A stretch of DNA of 64,000 nt, from assembly GCA_033763315.1 (NCBI GenBank), contig JANRKS010000001.1, forward strand, positions 128,001 through 192,000. The letters are read 5' to 3'. The stretch comes from Deltaproteobacteria bacterium (GTDB lineage Bacteria; Myxococcota_A; Polyangia; Fen-1088). This document shows positions 35,726 through 45,570 of this stretch, piece by piece. A program made the position numbers and the translations under genes. The notes under the pieces were generated by a model. It ran no database searches. It was given only the letters and a program-made list of their open reading frames with translations, and was not told the DNA's origin. Within the stretch, counting starts at the first letter, position 1, and every line of letters starts with the position of its first letter.

Positions 35726-37039
35726 GTGCGACTGCCCACCTCACCTTTGAGCCGCGCCGCCGTGGTGGTGGCCGTGTCTGTGGCGCTGCACGCGTTGGTG
35801 GTGATGGCTTTTATGGCGTCCTCGTTGGCGCGTTTGTGGCCGTCGGCGCCGGCGATTGAGATTGAAGTTGTAAGCACGCCGCCCACCGCGCTGCCGCTCG
35901 AAGCGCCCGCGCCCCCCGCGGCCCCGCCCTCGGTGGCCACCGCCGGGGTAAAAAAACCGAAAGCCGGTCCGGGGCCCAAGCACACGCCCGACGCCGGTCC
36001 AGACGCCGCAGAACCGAGCGATGCGGGTGTGGCCAGCGACGCGCTACCGGACGGCGCAGGCGCAGATGCAGGCAAACCGGGTGGTTTGCGCGCCGATGGT
36101 CCCGAAGGCGCGCGCCTTGTGGTGCGGCTCAGACTCGATCGCCTCCGCGAGGCGCCCCAATCGACTTCATTCACCGCCCTGGCCGACGAACTGCTTAAGC
36201 TTTTGCCCGATCGGCACCGTTTGATCGAAGGCAGCGGTCTGAACATCTTCGCGGATTTCGACACGATGGTGGTGGCCACGCCGAACCCGCTCGACGATGC
36301 CGTGACCTTCTTGGCCGTGCACCACCATGTGCCCGATGCGGCGCTCACTTTGGCGTTGGGCCGGGCTGCCACCGCGAACGCACGGCCCATTGAATGGACC
36401 ACGCTGCGCGGCCGCCCGGTGGGTTTGCGGCCGCCAGGGGCCAGTCCGTCGCGCGACGACCGCGTGTTCGTGTTGCCCGAACCCGGCTGGGCGGTGATCG
36501 CGCCGGCCGCTTACATGCAGTTGCTGGTGCCTGAACTTGTGAAGGCGCCCGCCGGGACGCCTGATGTGGTTGCGCCCGAGGATTTTGGCACCCTGGCGGG
36601 GCGTTTACGCGGGGAAGAAGCGGCGATGGGCGAGGGCGTGGTCCTGATGGCCACGGCCTCGCAATTGTTGAGCGCCCGGCCCGGCCAAAAATTCAGCTTG
36701 CCCGGTTCGCCGCCACTTGAAATCCCAAGCGCCGTGACGTTGCAGGTGCGCCTCGATCCCGAACCTGTGCTGGAGCTAACCTTGGGCTTCGCGGACCGCG
36801 AGGCCGCTGCCGGTTGGACCGCCGCCCTGCCACCGCTGTGTCGGCAGTTCGCTAACCACCCGATGGTGGTGTTCGCTGGTATGACCGCCGCGCTGACCCG
36901 CATCTCCGTGGTTCAAACCGCACAAGATTTGCCAGGGACGGGCGCTGATGTTCTGATTAAGGCTCCCCTTTCCTCGGACGAGGCCGCGCGCATCTTGGGC
37001 ATGAGCACCAACCTGTTGCGCAGCCGGCTTCGTCGATAG
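35726..37039 (+). CDS. membrane-anchored hypothetical protein with Pro/DAG-rich linker
   Basis: VAVSVALHALV TonB-like anchor and PDAG linker. Confidence 0.7.
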   Translation: MRLPTSPLSRAAVVVAVSVALHALVVMAFMASSLARLWPSAPAIEIEVVSTPPTALPLEAPAPPAAPPSVATAGVKKPKAGPGPKHTPDAGPDAAEPSDAGVASDALPDGAGADAGKPGGLRADGPEGARLVVRLRLDRLREAPQSTSFTALADELLKLLPDRHRLIEGSGLNIFADFDTMVVATPNPLDDAVTFLAVHHHVPDAALTLALGRAATANARPIEWTTLRGRPVGLRPPGASPSRDDRVFVLPEPGWAVIAPAAYMQLLVPELVKAPAGTPDVVAPEDFGTLAGRLRGEEAAMGEGVVLMATASQLLSARPGQKFSLPGSPPLEIPSAVTLQVRLDPEPVLELTLGFADREAAAGWTAALPPLCRQFANHPMVVFAGMTAALTRISVVQTAQDLPGTGADVLIKAPLSSDEAARILGMSTNLLRSRLRR

Positions 37040-37069
37040 ACGCATGGTACGCTTATAAAAGATCCCTTC

Positions 37070-38614
37070 ATGCCCAGCTTACTTGCACCTACCACGGGCA
37101 ATGGGCGCGCCAGCCAAACGGATGGGTCCACCACCGTGGCCGGCCGCGTGATGGCCCTTCTTGAAGGCCTCAGTCGCCCCAGCGACATTCCCCGCGGCAG
37201 CCGCGTTTACGCCAACCGCAACTTGCAGCTTGATCGCGTCAAACTGGTTGGCTTCGACATGGACTACACGCTGGCGCTTTACGATCAACCGCGCATGGAG
37301 GCGCTTTCGATCGAGGCCACGCTGTTTAAGTTGATCGGCCTTAAGGGTTACCCCGAAGCGATTCGCAACCTCACGTATGACGCGCGTTTTGGCATCCGCG
37401 GTTTGGTGATCGATCGCGAAACAGGCAACATCTTAAAGCCCGATCGTTATGGCGCTCCCGGCCGCGCCTATCACGGCCGCCGCATGTTGGACGCCGCGAT
37501 GTTGTTTGACCTTTACCACAAGCAGCGATTTCGTTTCTCCAGCGAGCGTTTCGCGTTCATCGATACTTTGTTCGCGTTGCCCGAAGCGGTGATGTATGCG
37601 TCGCTCGTCGATTTTTTTGATGCGTTTCCTGATTTGGCGCGGCCGTACCCGCAGGTGTGGGACGACATTCGCGAATGCATTGATCTTGCCCACCGCGATG
37701 GCGCCATCAAGGACATCATCGTTAAGGATCTCAAAAGCTACATCCAACCGGATCCGCATTTGGCCGAAGCGCTGCACAAGATGCGCTCGTCGGGCAAGAA
37801 GCTGTTCTTGTTGACCAACTCTGCCTTCGATTACACGAACTCACTGATGACGTACCTGCTCGATGGCGCGCTCGACGCGTATCCGGGCTGGCGCAATTAC
37901 TTCGACATCGTGATCGTCTCGGCGCAAAAGCCAGGCTTTTTCACGGAAAAGCGGCCGTTCCACGAACTGGATGCGCAAGGCAACATCGTGGGCGAAATGG
38001 CCAATGAACCTTTTGCGCGCGGCAAAGTTTATAGCGCCGGGAATTTGAAAGAGTTCGAAGAGCGCGCCGGCGCGCGCGGTGATCGGGTGCTGTTTGTGGG
38101 CGATCACATCTATGGCGATATGCTGCGCTCACGGAAATCATCCGCGTGGCGCACGGCGATGGTGATTCAGGAGCTTGAGCACGAAGTCAAAGTGCACGAT
38201 GAGTGCGTTGATTCGCTGGCGCGGCTTGAAGAGCTTGAACGGCATTTGCGCCACCTCGACGCTGAGATCGATGAGAAACAACACATCTTGCGCTCGCTCG
38301 AAAAGTTGCAGAACGGGCACACCACGCGCGACAACGTCACGACCGCAAAGAAGCTGGCGCGCGAAGTGGTGGATCGCATGCGTTCTGAGCAACGCACCAG
38401 CATGGTTGAACACGCAGAGCTTGAGGCCAAGCTAGACGAAGCGTTCAACGTGTTTTGGGGGCCGTCGTTCCGCGAAGGGCGCGAGGTCAGTAAGTTTGGC
38501 GACCAAGTGGAAGACTACGCGTGTGTTTACACGTCGCGCGTTTCCAATTTCCGTTTTTATTCGCCCATGCGCCACTTCCGTGGTCCGCGCGATCGCATGC
38601 CGCACGAACGTTAG
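37070..38614 (+). CDS. HAD-IG family 5'-nucleotidase (cN-II-like)
   Basis: GFDMDYTLALY, LFLLTNS, AQKPGFF, VGDHIYGD, WRT, YACVYTSRVSN. Confidence 0.95.
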   Translation: MPSLLAPTTGNGRASQTDGSTTVAGRVMALLEGLSRPSDIPRGSRVYANRNLQLDRVKLVGFDMDYTLALYDQPRMEALSIEATLFKLIGLKGYPEAIRNLTYDARFGIRGLVIDRETGNILKPDRYGAPGRAYHGRRMLDAAMLFDLYHKQRFRFSSERFAFIDTLFALPEAVMYASLVDFFDAFPDLARPYPQVWDDIRECIDLAHRDGAIKDIIVKDLKSYIQPDPHLAEALHKMRSSGKKLFLLTNSAFDYTNSLMTYLLDGALDAYPGWRNYFDIVIVSAQKPGFFTEKRPFHELDAQGNIVGEMANEPFARGKVYSAGNLKEFEERAGARGDRVLFVGDHIYGDMLRSRKSSAWRTAMVIQELEHEVKVHDECVDSLARLEELERHLRHLDAEIDEKQHILRSLEKLQNGHTTRDNVTTAKKLAREVVDRMRSEQRTSMVEHAELEAKLDEAFNVFWGPSFREGREVSKFGDQVEDYACVYTSRVSNFRFYSPMRHFRGPRDRMPHER

Positions 38615-38680
38615 TCACTTTGGTGAAACCGGCTGTGCAGGCCGGCATCCAAGGGGCCTCAACCACAAACGGAGGCTCAC

Positions 38681-39574
38681 ATGATCGCAGTTGTTGGTGC
38701 ATCGGGGAACACAGGGAAAGCTGTTGCAGAGGCGTTGCTCGCACGGGGCGAAAAGGTGCGGGCCTTGGGGCGCAGCGCCGACAAGTTGGCGGGTTTGGCC
38801 AGCAAAGGCGCCGACACCGCGCTTGGCGACGTGACGGACGCCGCTTACTTGACCAAGGCATTTGCGGGCGCCAAAGCGGTTTATGCTTTGATTCCGCCCA
38901 ACGCAGCTGCCCCAGATTTTCTGGCGTACCAAAACAAGGTTGGCGAGGCGATCACCAAAGCTGTCGCAGACAGTGGCGTGAAGAAGGTTGTGTTTCTTTC
39001 CAGCCTGGGCGCCGATCAACCAAGTGGCACCGGCCCGATTGTTGGCCTTCACAAACAAGAAGAGCGCTTCAAGGCGATCGCGGGCCTCTTCACAATAAGC
39101 CTGCGCCCGGGCTACTTCATGGAAAACCAGTTCGGCAGCCTGCCGATGATCAAGCACCAAGGCATCACTGGCGGCGCGATCAAAGGTGACCTGCCTTTCC
39201 CGCAAATCGCCACGGCAGACATCGCAGTGGCGGCGGTCAAAGCCTTGTTGGATGAAACCGGTGCCACGCAGGGTTTTGAGGTGCGTGAGTTGCACGGCCC
39301 GCGTGACTTATCGCTGAACGAGGCCGCCAAAATCTTGGGCGCACGCATCGGCAAACCTGATCTCGCTTACGTGCAGTTCCCGTACGAAGGCTTCGCCAGC
39401 GCGCTCACGCAATTCGGCTTCTCAGCGGACGTGGCGCGGCTTTACGCTGAAATGTCGCAGGCCTTCAACGAAGGCAAAGTGAAAAGCCTCGCGGGACGCA
39501 GCGCCGCCACCACCACCCCCACGTCCTTCGAATCGTTCAGCGAGGTATTGGCGGGCGCATATAAAGCGATGTGA
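38681..39574 (+). CDS. NmrA-like NAD(P)-binding protein
   Basis: GGAGG RBS; VVGASGNTG, LSSLGA, LRPGYFMEN, IATADIA. Confidence 0.92.
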   Translation: MIAVVGASGNTGKAVAEALLARGEKVRALGRSADKLAGLASKGADTALGDVTDAAYLTKAFAGAKAVYALIPPNAAAPDFLAYQNKVGEAITKAVADSGVKKVVFLSSLGADQPSGTGPIVGLHKQEERFKAIAGLFTISLRPGYFMENQFGSLPMIKHQGITGGAIKGDLPFPQIATADIAVAAVKALLDETGATQGFEVRELHGPRDLSLNEAAKILGARIGKPDLAYVQFPYEGFASALTQFGFSADVARLYAEMSQAFNEGKVKSLAGRSAATTTPTSFESFSEVLAGAYKAM

Positions 39575-39598
39575 GGTCGAATCAAGAGCGGCAGGCGC

Positions 39599-40564
39599 CT
39601 ACCGCTTGCCGCGCCTGCGCGATCGCCGCACCCACGCGGCCCCCAGCAGCAAAACAACGCTCGCCAGGGCGCCGTTGCTTCGGCGCGGTTGGCGTCCCAC
39701 CCTGCATGAGCAGCCGTCGTCTTCAGGCGCAGGTCGGCCGGCGTCGGGGCCCGTCCCCGTGCCACTGCCCGAGACATCGCCGCTTGCGTCGCGAGCTGCG
39801 CCTGCATCACTTAAAGGGCTGGCATCCGTCGTCGTCTGCAGAGCATCCATCGCAACCGCCGCATCAACCGAGGTTGCCGCATCAACGGCATTCGCATCAA
39901 CACCTGCGTCCGCCCCTGCATCGGGTGGCTCCAGCCGTTCTGTTGTGCGAATGCCAAACGTAAACCCGTGCCATGATTCAGGCGTCGGCACCGTCCACGA
40001 GAAGGTGGGAAACGTGCCTAAGAACTGCACCGTTCCGTGCCCTTCGGTTCCTTGCAACACATTGTTCGGCAGCTGCACCAACGCCGTGGAACCGCCGCCC
40101 CAATAGCCGGAACCTTGGCTGACGATCGCAAACGGTGCATCAAAGTTGTAGGTGATCGTTGTGCCGGACGCGCCCAGGCTGACGATCGCCATGATGGGAT
40201 CTTTGATCGCTTCGGAGAGCGTCACTTTGTAAACCTGGTTCTGCCCGCCGCTTAGCTGCAGGATGTCCGGTGAGGGTGGAAAGTTTTCGACTTCGGCGCT
40301 GACGTAGGGAGCGGTCGGGTTCCAATAATTCGTGCCGCCGTTGACCTGCGCCCCGTAGAGGTTGCCTGCGGATCCGTTGGCGTTGATGGCCTCGAAAGTC
40401 ACGGTGACGGTCGACGAATCAGGCAGCGTGATGGTGCCCTTCGCTGTGCCCGCCGCCACGTTCGCTTCGGTCCAATCGACGTAGCTATAAGTTGCGGCCC
40501 ATGCTCCGTGGGGCGCCAGCCCAATCAATGCACACACACTTCCCAACCAGAGCTTTGCGTTCAT
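39599..40564 (-). CDS. MYXO-CTERM sorting-domain surface protein
   Basis: Signal peptide; beta domain; DAG linker; C-terminal DDGCSCRVG...VVLLLGAAWVRRSRRR. Confidence 0.85.
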   Translation of the reverse strand: MNAKLWLGSVCALIGLAPHGAWAATYSYVDWTEANVAAGTAKGTITLPDSSTVTVTFEAINANGSAGNLYGAQVNGGTNYWNPTAPYVSAEVENFPPSPDILQLSGGQNQVYKVTLSEAIKDPIMAIVSLGASGTTITYNFDAPFAIVSQGSGYWGGGSTALVQLPNNVLQGTEGHGTVQFLGTFPTFSWTVPTPESWHGFTFGIRTTERLEPPDAGADAGVDANAVDAATSVDAAVAMDALQTTTDASPLSDAGAARDASGDVSGSGTGTGPDAGRPAPEDDGCSCRVGRQPRRSNGALASVVLLLGAAWVRRSRRRGKR

Positions 40565-40596
40565 GCGCCACACAATACCGGCACGATTTGTTGCAA

Positions 40597-42324
40597 TCAA
40601 CGCACGATTGCAGCCCGCGCGGCACGTTTTTTCACCCACCAAAGCGTGCCGCCCAACAACAGCGCCACCACCGCGGCGGCCGCCAGCCATGGCCACGTTT
40701 CGTTCGGCGCGGATAAGAGTGTGGCCCAACGTTCAGCTTCTTCTGTGCGGTTGGTGCGCCGCAAGCAATGCATCAGATCCTCATGCAACGTTGGTTCAAG
40801 CGGTAACTTCATTTGCGCTGTTTGCAGCAGTGGCAGCGCTTGTTCGCATTTGTTTTGGCGGGCGCGAAAGTGCGCGAGTTCAGCCGTGTAGATCGGGTGA
40901 GTGATGTGAAGCTGCGTGGCACGTTCGATCACCGCCTCGGCGCGCGTGGCATCGTGGTGGCCCGCGAACCAACGCAATTGGCATGCGGTGACGAACGGAT
41001 CATCGGGGGAGGCAGAAACGGCTTGCGCCAAATTTTGTTCCGCTTGTGTTTCGAACGCCAAAGTCGCATAGCCGCACGCCGCTTGTGCCAAGTGCGCGCC
41101 TCGCGTGGCAGGCGCGGGTGGTTGCACCAAAGCGATCAGCCCCGCTGGCCCGATCAAATCCAAAGCCAGCAGAGCGTGCAGACGCGCGCTGGCACTTTCA
41201 TCGGCAAAAGACTTGGGCAGCCTGGCCAAGGCCGCGTCACGTTGACCGCCGGCCGCGAGCACGGCGGCTGCCACCCACGCAGGCGCATCGGTCACCCCGC
41301 CGAGTGCCGCGGCCGCCACGGCGGTGCGCCCTTGGGCAAGCAAGGCGGCCGCGCGCAACCACCCAAACAGTTGTGGGCAGCTGGCGTCGGCCTGCGCCGC
41401 TTGCACGCGCGCTTGTGGCTGGCCGGCAATGAACCGGAAATAGGTCACCCACCGTTGTTGGCAGCCCCCACCTTCCCCACGGCTGCCCAGCCGTGCTGCA
41501 TACGCGGCGATGCCTTCGGCATCATCCAATTCGGTCGCGGCTTTCAAACACGTGCGTGCGGTTGATTCGCCTGTGTGTTGTGGCACCGCCCGGTAAAAGC
41601 GTTCACACATGGCAAGCGTTGCGAATCGATCCGGCACTTGTGCCAAGAAGCTGATCACGTGAGCCAGCGTGCGTGGATCTTCGCCACGCTTGAGCTCCTC
41701 CATCCACGCCTGCCACGCCTTTTGCGGCTGCCCCGGTTGCAAGTGAAGCCGATAATAATCGGCCCAAGTCGCGGACAAGCCCACGGTGTCAGACCGCAAC
41801 GCCTGGGCCCGTTGCAAAAACGCCAACATGTCACCGCTGCGGCCCGCATAGTCGCTGAAGATGGCCGCACCAACCTGTGCGGCCGCATTGAAAGGTTCGC
41901 GCTCAGCGCGGCCCACCAGACGTCCGTGCGCTTCCGCCAAACGCCCCCGGCTGGCGGTCGCTTGCACCAAAAGCCGCATGGCAGGCACACAATCGGGATC
42001 GATCACCAACAGGTTTGCGAGCTCTTGCGGCGGGGAGGCGCCCGATACCTTCGCGAGCGCGGCGCGAGCGCGCGTGTTGCAAACATTGGCTGCGGCAGGC
42101 ACGAACGCCGGCGGCGCCGGGGCGCCCCACAAGGGGCCTTGCTCAACCGCAAGTCGCTTGATGACGAAGTCAGGCCCTTGTGTATCGAAAGTGCGGCTTG
42201 TGCCGTACGCAAACCACAGCGCCAAGGTGGCTGTGCAGAGAACCAACACGCCCCAGACCCACCAACGTCGCTTCTTGGGCAACGAAGGTTTTGTCCGCCG
42301 CTGACCCAACGTCGCCTGAACCAT
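40597..42324 (-). CDS. TPR-like protein with N- and C-terminal TM segments
   Basis: Helical repeats; RRWWVWGVLVL and WPWLAAAAVVALLLGG...KKR. Confidence 0.7.
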   Translation of the reverse strand: MVQATLGQRRTKPSLPKKRRWWVWGVLVLCTATLALWFAYGTSRTFDTQGPDFVIKRLAVEQGPLWGAPAPPAFVPAAANVCNTRARAALAKVSGASPPQELANLLVIDPDCVPAMRLLVQATASRGRLAEAHGRLVGRAEREPFNAAAQVGAAIFSDYAGRSGDMLAFLQRAQALRSDTVGLSATWADYYRLHLQPGQPQKAWQAWMEELKRGEDPRTLAHVISFLAQVPDRFATLAMCERFYRAVPQHTGESTARTCLKAATELDDAEGIAAYAARLGSRGEGGGCQQRWVTYFRFIAGQPQARVQAAQADASCPQLFGWLRAAALLAQGRTAVAAAALGGVTDAPAWVAAAVLAAGGQRDAALARLPKSFADESASARLHALLALDLIGPAGLIALVQPPAPATRGAHLAQAACGYATLAFETQAEQNLAQAVSASPDDPFVTACQLRWFAGHHDATRAEAVIERATQLHITHPIYTAELAHFRARQNKCEQALPLLQTAQMKLPLEPTLHEDLMHCLRRTNRTEEAERWATLLSAPNETWPWLAAAAVVALLLGGTLWWVKKRAARAAIVR

Positions 42325-42378
42325 CCCATCAACACCTTATGCCCAATGCGCGAACGGGCAAAGATATGGTTTGCGCCG

Positions 42379-42996
42379 TCAGCCTTTGGGAAGTGCGTCG
42401 GTGCTCGCGGCGTCGTTCCCGGTCGTTTGAGCGTCAAGCTTGATCGCGGCGTCTACGGCGTTGGCATCCGGCGCCCCTGCGTCCGCCTCGCCCACGCCGC
42501 AGGGGGCGTCTTGTTCACGATCAGCTTTGTCAGGGCAATCGTCGATCACATCGGGGACTTCATCGCGATCCTTGTCGGCGAGGCGGCCCCACTTGATCAA
42601 CACATCGACTTTGATCTGTTTGCCTGCTTGTGCCACCGGAAGCACGGCGGCGTATTCACCCAACGTATCGAACTCACGTCGCGCACGAACCCACAGCCGC
42701 CGCGGTTTATCGAACCCATCCTCCACTTCCATGGCCAGCGTCAGCAGCTGATTGCCCGGCTGATACGAAAGTGTTTTGCCTGGGCCAGGATAGACGAAAT
42801 CTTTTAAGCAATAACCGGAGGGCTTAAAGCAATTCACACTCACGGCACTGGGCAGCTGGTCTTCGGGTGGTTCGCTGCGAATGTCGAGCAGATACCCCGT
42901 AGGATCCGACTTGCCACACGCCAACGGCAGCGACGCCAAAGCCGCCGTCACAACCACGCTTTTGCCAAGCGCGCGCCGAAAAGAACTGCTGCGCAT
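42379..42996 (-). CDS. lipoprotein with thrombospondin type-3-like Ca-binding motif
   Basis: Lipobox PLAC; DKDRDEVPDVIDDCP; DA-rich tail. Confidence 0.75.
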   Translation of the reverse strand: MRSSSFRRALGKSVVVTAALASLPLACGKSDPTGYLLDIRSEPPEDQLPSAVSVNCFKPSGYCLKDFVYPGPGKTLSYQPGNQLLTLAMEVEDGFDKPRRLWVRARREFDTLGEYAAVLPVAQAGKQIKVDVLIKWGRLADKDRDEVPDVIDDCPDKADREQDAPCGVGEADAGAPDANAVDAAIKLDAQTTGNDAASTDALPKG

Positions 42997-43019
42997 AAAA
43001 GATCGCCCGTGCCCCACGT

Positions 43020-44204
43020 TTAGTTCGCTGGACATTCAACCTTCATGAACCAGCGCGGTCCCTCGGGTGCAGCAACGGTGGTGCCTTCGCGGTATGTGGC
43101 GTAAAATGCGTTTTGCAAAGGCCACGTTGATACGGGGCCCACGGCGCCTTTGTTTGAGGGCAGCTTGAGTTCATCACCCACGTGCGCGCCGAACGCATTA
43201 AACAACCACACCTGCGGGCCCTGCTTGACGCCAAAGGTGACGGCCATATCAAAGCCCATTGAGGCAACGCCTGATACGGGCGGCTGATCATCGGGCGAGC
43301 CAAAGCGAATCGCGCCCGCGACGAAGTTGCCACTGACGGAGCTTGAAGCAATGTCGTAGTCGGTCACCCACGTGCCTTGTTTGGTTTGCCAACCGATGAG
43401 GTAGCCGCGGTCGGTGGGCGACACCGTGGGGCACGACACTTCTTCCGTTGAAAGGCTGACGTTGTAGCGAGCGGAGGCGCTGTCGTTGTCGCGGTGATCT
43501 TCAACCACGAACCAGGGCTTCGGCGAATTTGAGGGTTTGTAGCGCACCCACGACAGACTCCAATCCAGGCGGCTGGGCACGAACTGCAGGCATTGCCACA
43601 CCTCGGGCGCATCCATCGTTATCGCTGGCCCTACGGCGGCCGCGTTGGCACCCAACGTGATCGTTTCGATTTTTGTGCCGGGCTGATCAGCAAAGGCCCA
43701 CGCCACCAGCGCGCGTTGGCCCGTGCGCGAGCTGCCAACCGCGGTGCGAATGTCGGCGAGCTTTACGCCGGCGGGCAGCGCTTTGATCAGCACGGGGCCA
43801 GCGGCCGCTTCGCCCGCCACCTGGGTGAGCGCGTGCAGTTCAATTTGCATTTCTGCGTTCAACACGCCGTACACAACCACCAGCTGATCGCCGGGTGTGG
43901 CCCGCGCGGTTACCGCCAAGCGCGGTGCAATCACCGGTGTTTCCGTGATCGTCAAGGTGGATGCAGCGCCCGCCACGCCCGCGGCCGTGACGGGGGCCCA
44001 GCTCACATTCATGCCCGCGATGCCAGCCAACACGAAGTCTTTTCCAGCGGGAAGCAGCGAAGCGTCGGCCATCATCGTGGCGGCGTTTTCCGCCAGAGCT
44101 TTGGGTTCGCGGTAAACGCATTTGACGGGCTTATCTGAAGTGCAGCCAGCGGCAGCGCCCCATCCCACAAACCCCACGAGCGCTAAAACCAAGCGTGATG
44201 TCAT
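43020..44204 (-). CDS. hypothetical lipoprotein (beta-rich, possible propeller)
   Basis: Lipobox AAGC; long ORF with beta-strand pattern. Confidence 0.7.
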   Translation of the reverse strand: MTSRLVLALVGFVGWGAAAGCTSDKPVKCVYREPKALAENAATMMADASLLPAGKDFVLAGIAGMNVSWAPVTAAGVAGAASTLTITETPVIAPRLAVTARATPGDQLVVVYGVLNAEMQIELHALTQVAGEAAAGPVLIKALPAGVKLADIRTAVGSSRTGQRALVAWAFADQPGTKIETITLGANAAAVGPAITMDAPEVWQCLQFVPSRLDWSLSWVRYKPSNSPKPWFVVEDHRDNDSASARYNVSLSTEEVSCPTVSPTDRGYLIGWQTKQGTWVTDYDIASSSVSGNFVAGAIRFGSPDDQPPVSGVASMGFDMAVTFGVKQGPQVWLFNAFGAHVGDELKLPSNKGAVGPVSTWPLQNAFYATYREGTTVAAPEGPRWFMKVECPAN

Positions 44205-44304
44205 TTCGTTCCCCAGGTCAGCAAGCCAAGATAGGCGAGCGCCAGTGTATCCGAGGTCGCGGCGTTTTCGCCATTTCGGAATGTGCATGCCTTGGTTGGT
44301 CCAC

Positions 44305-45453
44305 CTAAACGCCGTAATGCAGATCCGTCAGCGCGGCGTCCATCACGGCCGGACGGAGGGCACGAAAACGGGCGTCGTCCCGCACCACGGGGTGCACCCG
44401 GTTCGACAGCATCACCACAAACGTTTGGCGGCGGGGGTCGACCCACACCGAACACCCCGTAAAAGCCAAGTGCCCCACCGCGCGGCGATCGATCAAACGC
44501 CCGGCCAACGAGGCGCCCGGGCTGGGCCGATCCCACCCCAGGGCCCACGTGCTGGGGGGCGGCGCTTCAAAGGCCCAAAACCGCTGCAGGATCGCGGGCT
44601 CAATCGGATCGTCGGGCTGCGGGGCGTCTGCGTGCGAGCGCAACAAGCTGGCAAGCAGCGCAGCCACGTCGTGGGCCGTGCCGAACAGGCCCGCGTGACC
44701 GGCCACGCCGCCCATCAGCCACGCGTTCTGGTCGTGCACCTGCCCCACCAAAAGCCGGCCCCGCCAAGCACAGTCCTCTGTGGGCGCCACGTTGCTGATC
44801 TGTGCTGGGTCGACGCCAAAACGCAGGGAGCGCAGCTGCAAAGGCAGGGCGATTTGCCGCTCAAACGCCACGTCTAACCGTTGCTCCAATACAAGCTCAA
44901 GGATGTGCCCAAGCGCGATGAACCCGAGATCGGAATACACACTTCGCGCGCCCGGAAGCGCCTGCAGCGGGGTGTTTTGCAGCTGTTCGATGAGTGCCGA
45001 GCGAAGTGCTGGGGCCGGATCGCCCGGGTGCACCTGGGGCAACAGCTGTTCGTAGAATTTGGCGTGCGCAGGCCAGCCGGACGTATGGCTGAGCAAATGT
45101 TCAACGGTCACGCCCTTGGGCGCGCGCGGAAGCCACCTGGTCACGGGCAAGGCCAAGTCGAACTTTGAGGCGTCACACGTGGCCACGGCCCGCATGGCCA
45201 ACAGGCTGGTCGCCAGCGCCTTGGTCAAAGACGCCAAATCATAGACGGTTGCATCGCTGACCGGTGTGACCGGCGCCGAGGCGGCATCGCCATAGACCCG
45301 CCCAAAATTGCACGTGGTCTTCGCGTGGCCGTGGCTCACGCAAACGGCCATGCCAGGCACCACGCCGCAAGCGATGGCCTCGTCAGCCACGTGCCGCAGA
45401 TTCGGGAAAGCCTGTTCGCCCCAAGCCGTCATGACACGCCGCTCTTGCACCAC
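44305..45453 (-). CDS. serine hydrolase, beta-lactamase/AmpC-like family
   Basis: YDLASLTK (SxxK), LLSHTSG, YSD, GQVHDQNA, GHAGLF, GHLAFTG. Confidence 0.9.
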   Translation of the reverse strand: MVQERRVMTAWGEQAFPNLRHVADEAIACGVVPGMAVCVSHGHAKTTCNFGRVYGDAASAPVTPVSDATVYDLASLTKALATSLLAMRAVATCDASKFDLALPVTRWLPRAPKGVTVEHLLSHTSGWPAHAKFYEQLLPQVHPGDPAPALRSALIEQLQNTPLQALPGARSVYSDLGFIALGHILELVLEQRLDVAFERQIALPLQLRSLRFGVDPAQISNVAPTEDCAWRGRLLVGQVHDQNAWLMGGVAGHAGLFGTAHDVAALLASLLRSHADAPQPDDPIEPAILQRFWAFEAPPPSTWALGWDRPSPGASLAGRLIDRRAVGHLAFTGCSVWVDPRRQTFVVMLSNRVHPVVRDDARFRALRPAVMDAALTDLHYGV

Positions 45454-45570
45454 CGGGCGCCTGATTCATCGGCCACTCGCGAACTTCCGCGACGAATGTG
45501 GCTTTGAGCGCTGGGAGATGTCGTTTTTTGTAGGTACACTGGTGTTCCCATTTTTGCCCGGCACCCGCGC

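Noticed and set aside
44305-45453. True beta-lactamase resistance gene
   Set aside because: YSD and GQVHDQNA/GHAGLF motifs fit the broad esterase/peptidoglycan-recycling serine hydrolase group; resistance cannot be inferred.
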